Assembly: GCA_030141605.1 (NCBI GenBank)
Contig: JAQGDQ010000055.1
Coordinates: forward strand, 310,001-374,000
DNA: 64,000 nucleotides
Direction: 5' to 3'
DNA from: Tubiluchus corallicola
Lineage: Eukaryota > Animalia > Priapulida
Shown: one piece after another, positions 62,801-64,000 of the stretch
Position numbering within the stretch: position 1 is the first letter of the stretch
Layout: each line of letters begins with the position of its first letter
Made by a program: the position numbers and the translations under genes
The notes under the pieces: generated by a model
Told to the model about the DNA's origin: nothing
Seen by the model: the letters and a program-made list of their open reading frames with translations, nothing else
Databases searched by the model: none

Positions 62801-64000
62801 TCAGCTTCTGATTTCATAAGGGAAGCATATGTGCCGTTTCGCTCGTGTAACACTGTGTTATTGACTAGTGTTGTTACTTTATTATCACCGTTATCTCTTT
62901 CCATGCTTTACTGACATCCTATGGTAAAAGCCATGTAAACAGGCAGCATCCTAAGGGGAATCTTCCCAGTTATAAAAAGCAACTTTAGTGACTGGATAAT
63001 AGCTTTAGCCTTTTACTAAGCATACTCAGAAAATATTTAGTGGAGTCTGCTTTCCAACATATAAGTCTGATGGATCACTTTGGGAACACATTAACACTAC
63101 TTTACGTGGATAAAGCTTCTGAGCTAGCCTTCAGTCAGACAGAATAAAAGACGATGAGTCAATTAATAAAGGTAACCTATTGTTGAGCAAGGAATAGTGG
63201 AGTATCCATAAAAATGTCTTCCTCAAAATTTGCCTTAATACTGTCCTTCTATGTCTGTGGCGATAAATTCTGAACCATGTTTCTTTTGTATTGAAGTGTC
63301 AGTGTATTGAAGAATGACTAGAGACTAACTGCTGCTTTTTCTTGCCTGAGCCCATCTTGGTGGCTGAGATTCGGACAGTCAGGGACACTAGTTTGATGAC
63401 TTGTGCTTTTGTTATGCAAACGCAGATGTGAGTTCGTGTTTTGCAAGTACTTCACAAATGAGTGCAACCATTTTTTTGTTAAAAATTCCTTAAATTTTAT
63501 TTTTAAATCTGGTAATAGATTCTCCACATACCTGTTAGGCCTATTCTTCTTGTTGCCTTGTTGCAGTTCTGATGATTGTGCATGAAGTCCGTCATTTTGG
63601 GACTATATTCAGGAGACTAAATAGAATTACAGTCTAACAGTCTGTATATGAAGTCGACTGGAGGTTTACTGAAGTACTATTTTGGATTAACTGTTGAAAC
63701 TGGGTTTTCTGTAGGTCATTGAAAGAATGCCAAGATGACAGTGATGACATCACAGCTCAAAAAACACTTGAAAACACATTACAGAATTACTGAATAAACC
63801 CAAGATCATTTACCAGAGCTCTTTCTTGAGGCCATTCCTAGATCGCAATGACAATATTGCATTTGAAAGGGCATCTCATGGCATATAATCTACTCACAGA
63901 AATTTATTTTTCCCCAAAGTTCGCTAAGCTTTAGGTGTCAAACTTAGTCACATAATAACTGTGTAGAATTTTGCTTCAGCTTCATCTATTTCTCATTAAT

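Noticed and set aside
60152-63585. Short ORFs in the right-hand 4 kb
   Set aside because: No recognisable domains or consistent splice signals; probably intronic.

Overview
AT-rich animal (invertebrate-like) genomic DNA; not prokaryotic. Three genes are well supported. (1) The 5' part of a NOMPC/TRPN1 mechanotransduction channel gene on the minus strand: 8 coding exons from 13695 down to 1237, about 686 aa, continuing past the left edge. It has a long low-complexity N-terminus, then one ankyrin repeat per exon, all phase-0 introns, one with a GC donor. (2) A single-exon mab-21 gene (+, 33354-34433, 359 aa) in a ~36 kb gene-poor, microsatellite-rich interval, with no visible Nbea/Lrba host exons. 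(3) A RalGPS-type RasGEF+PH gene (-, 49985-51718) with an intron-free CDS. A probable first coding exon of a fourth, unidentified gene lies at 59804-59896 (+). The rest is introns and intergenic DNA with microsatellites and transposon relics (TTAA-flanked Kolobok-like MITEs, Tc1, RTE, Rex1/Babar-like, CR1-like, Helentron-like, Academ-like, Harbinger-like, and a MITE with a telomere-like core). I see no convincing wholly new system. The best leads are regulatory and structural: a perfect DR5 element upstream of mab-21, an RFX X-box in a nompC intron, the head-to-head nompC/mab-21 arrangement, modular ankyrin exons, and the intronless RalGPS. Family assignments are from recall, not database searches.
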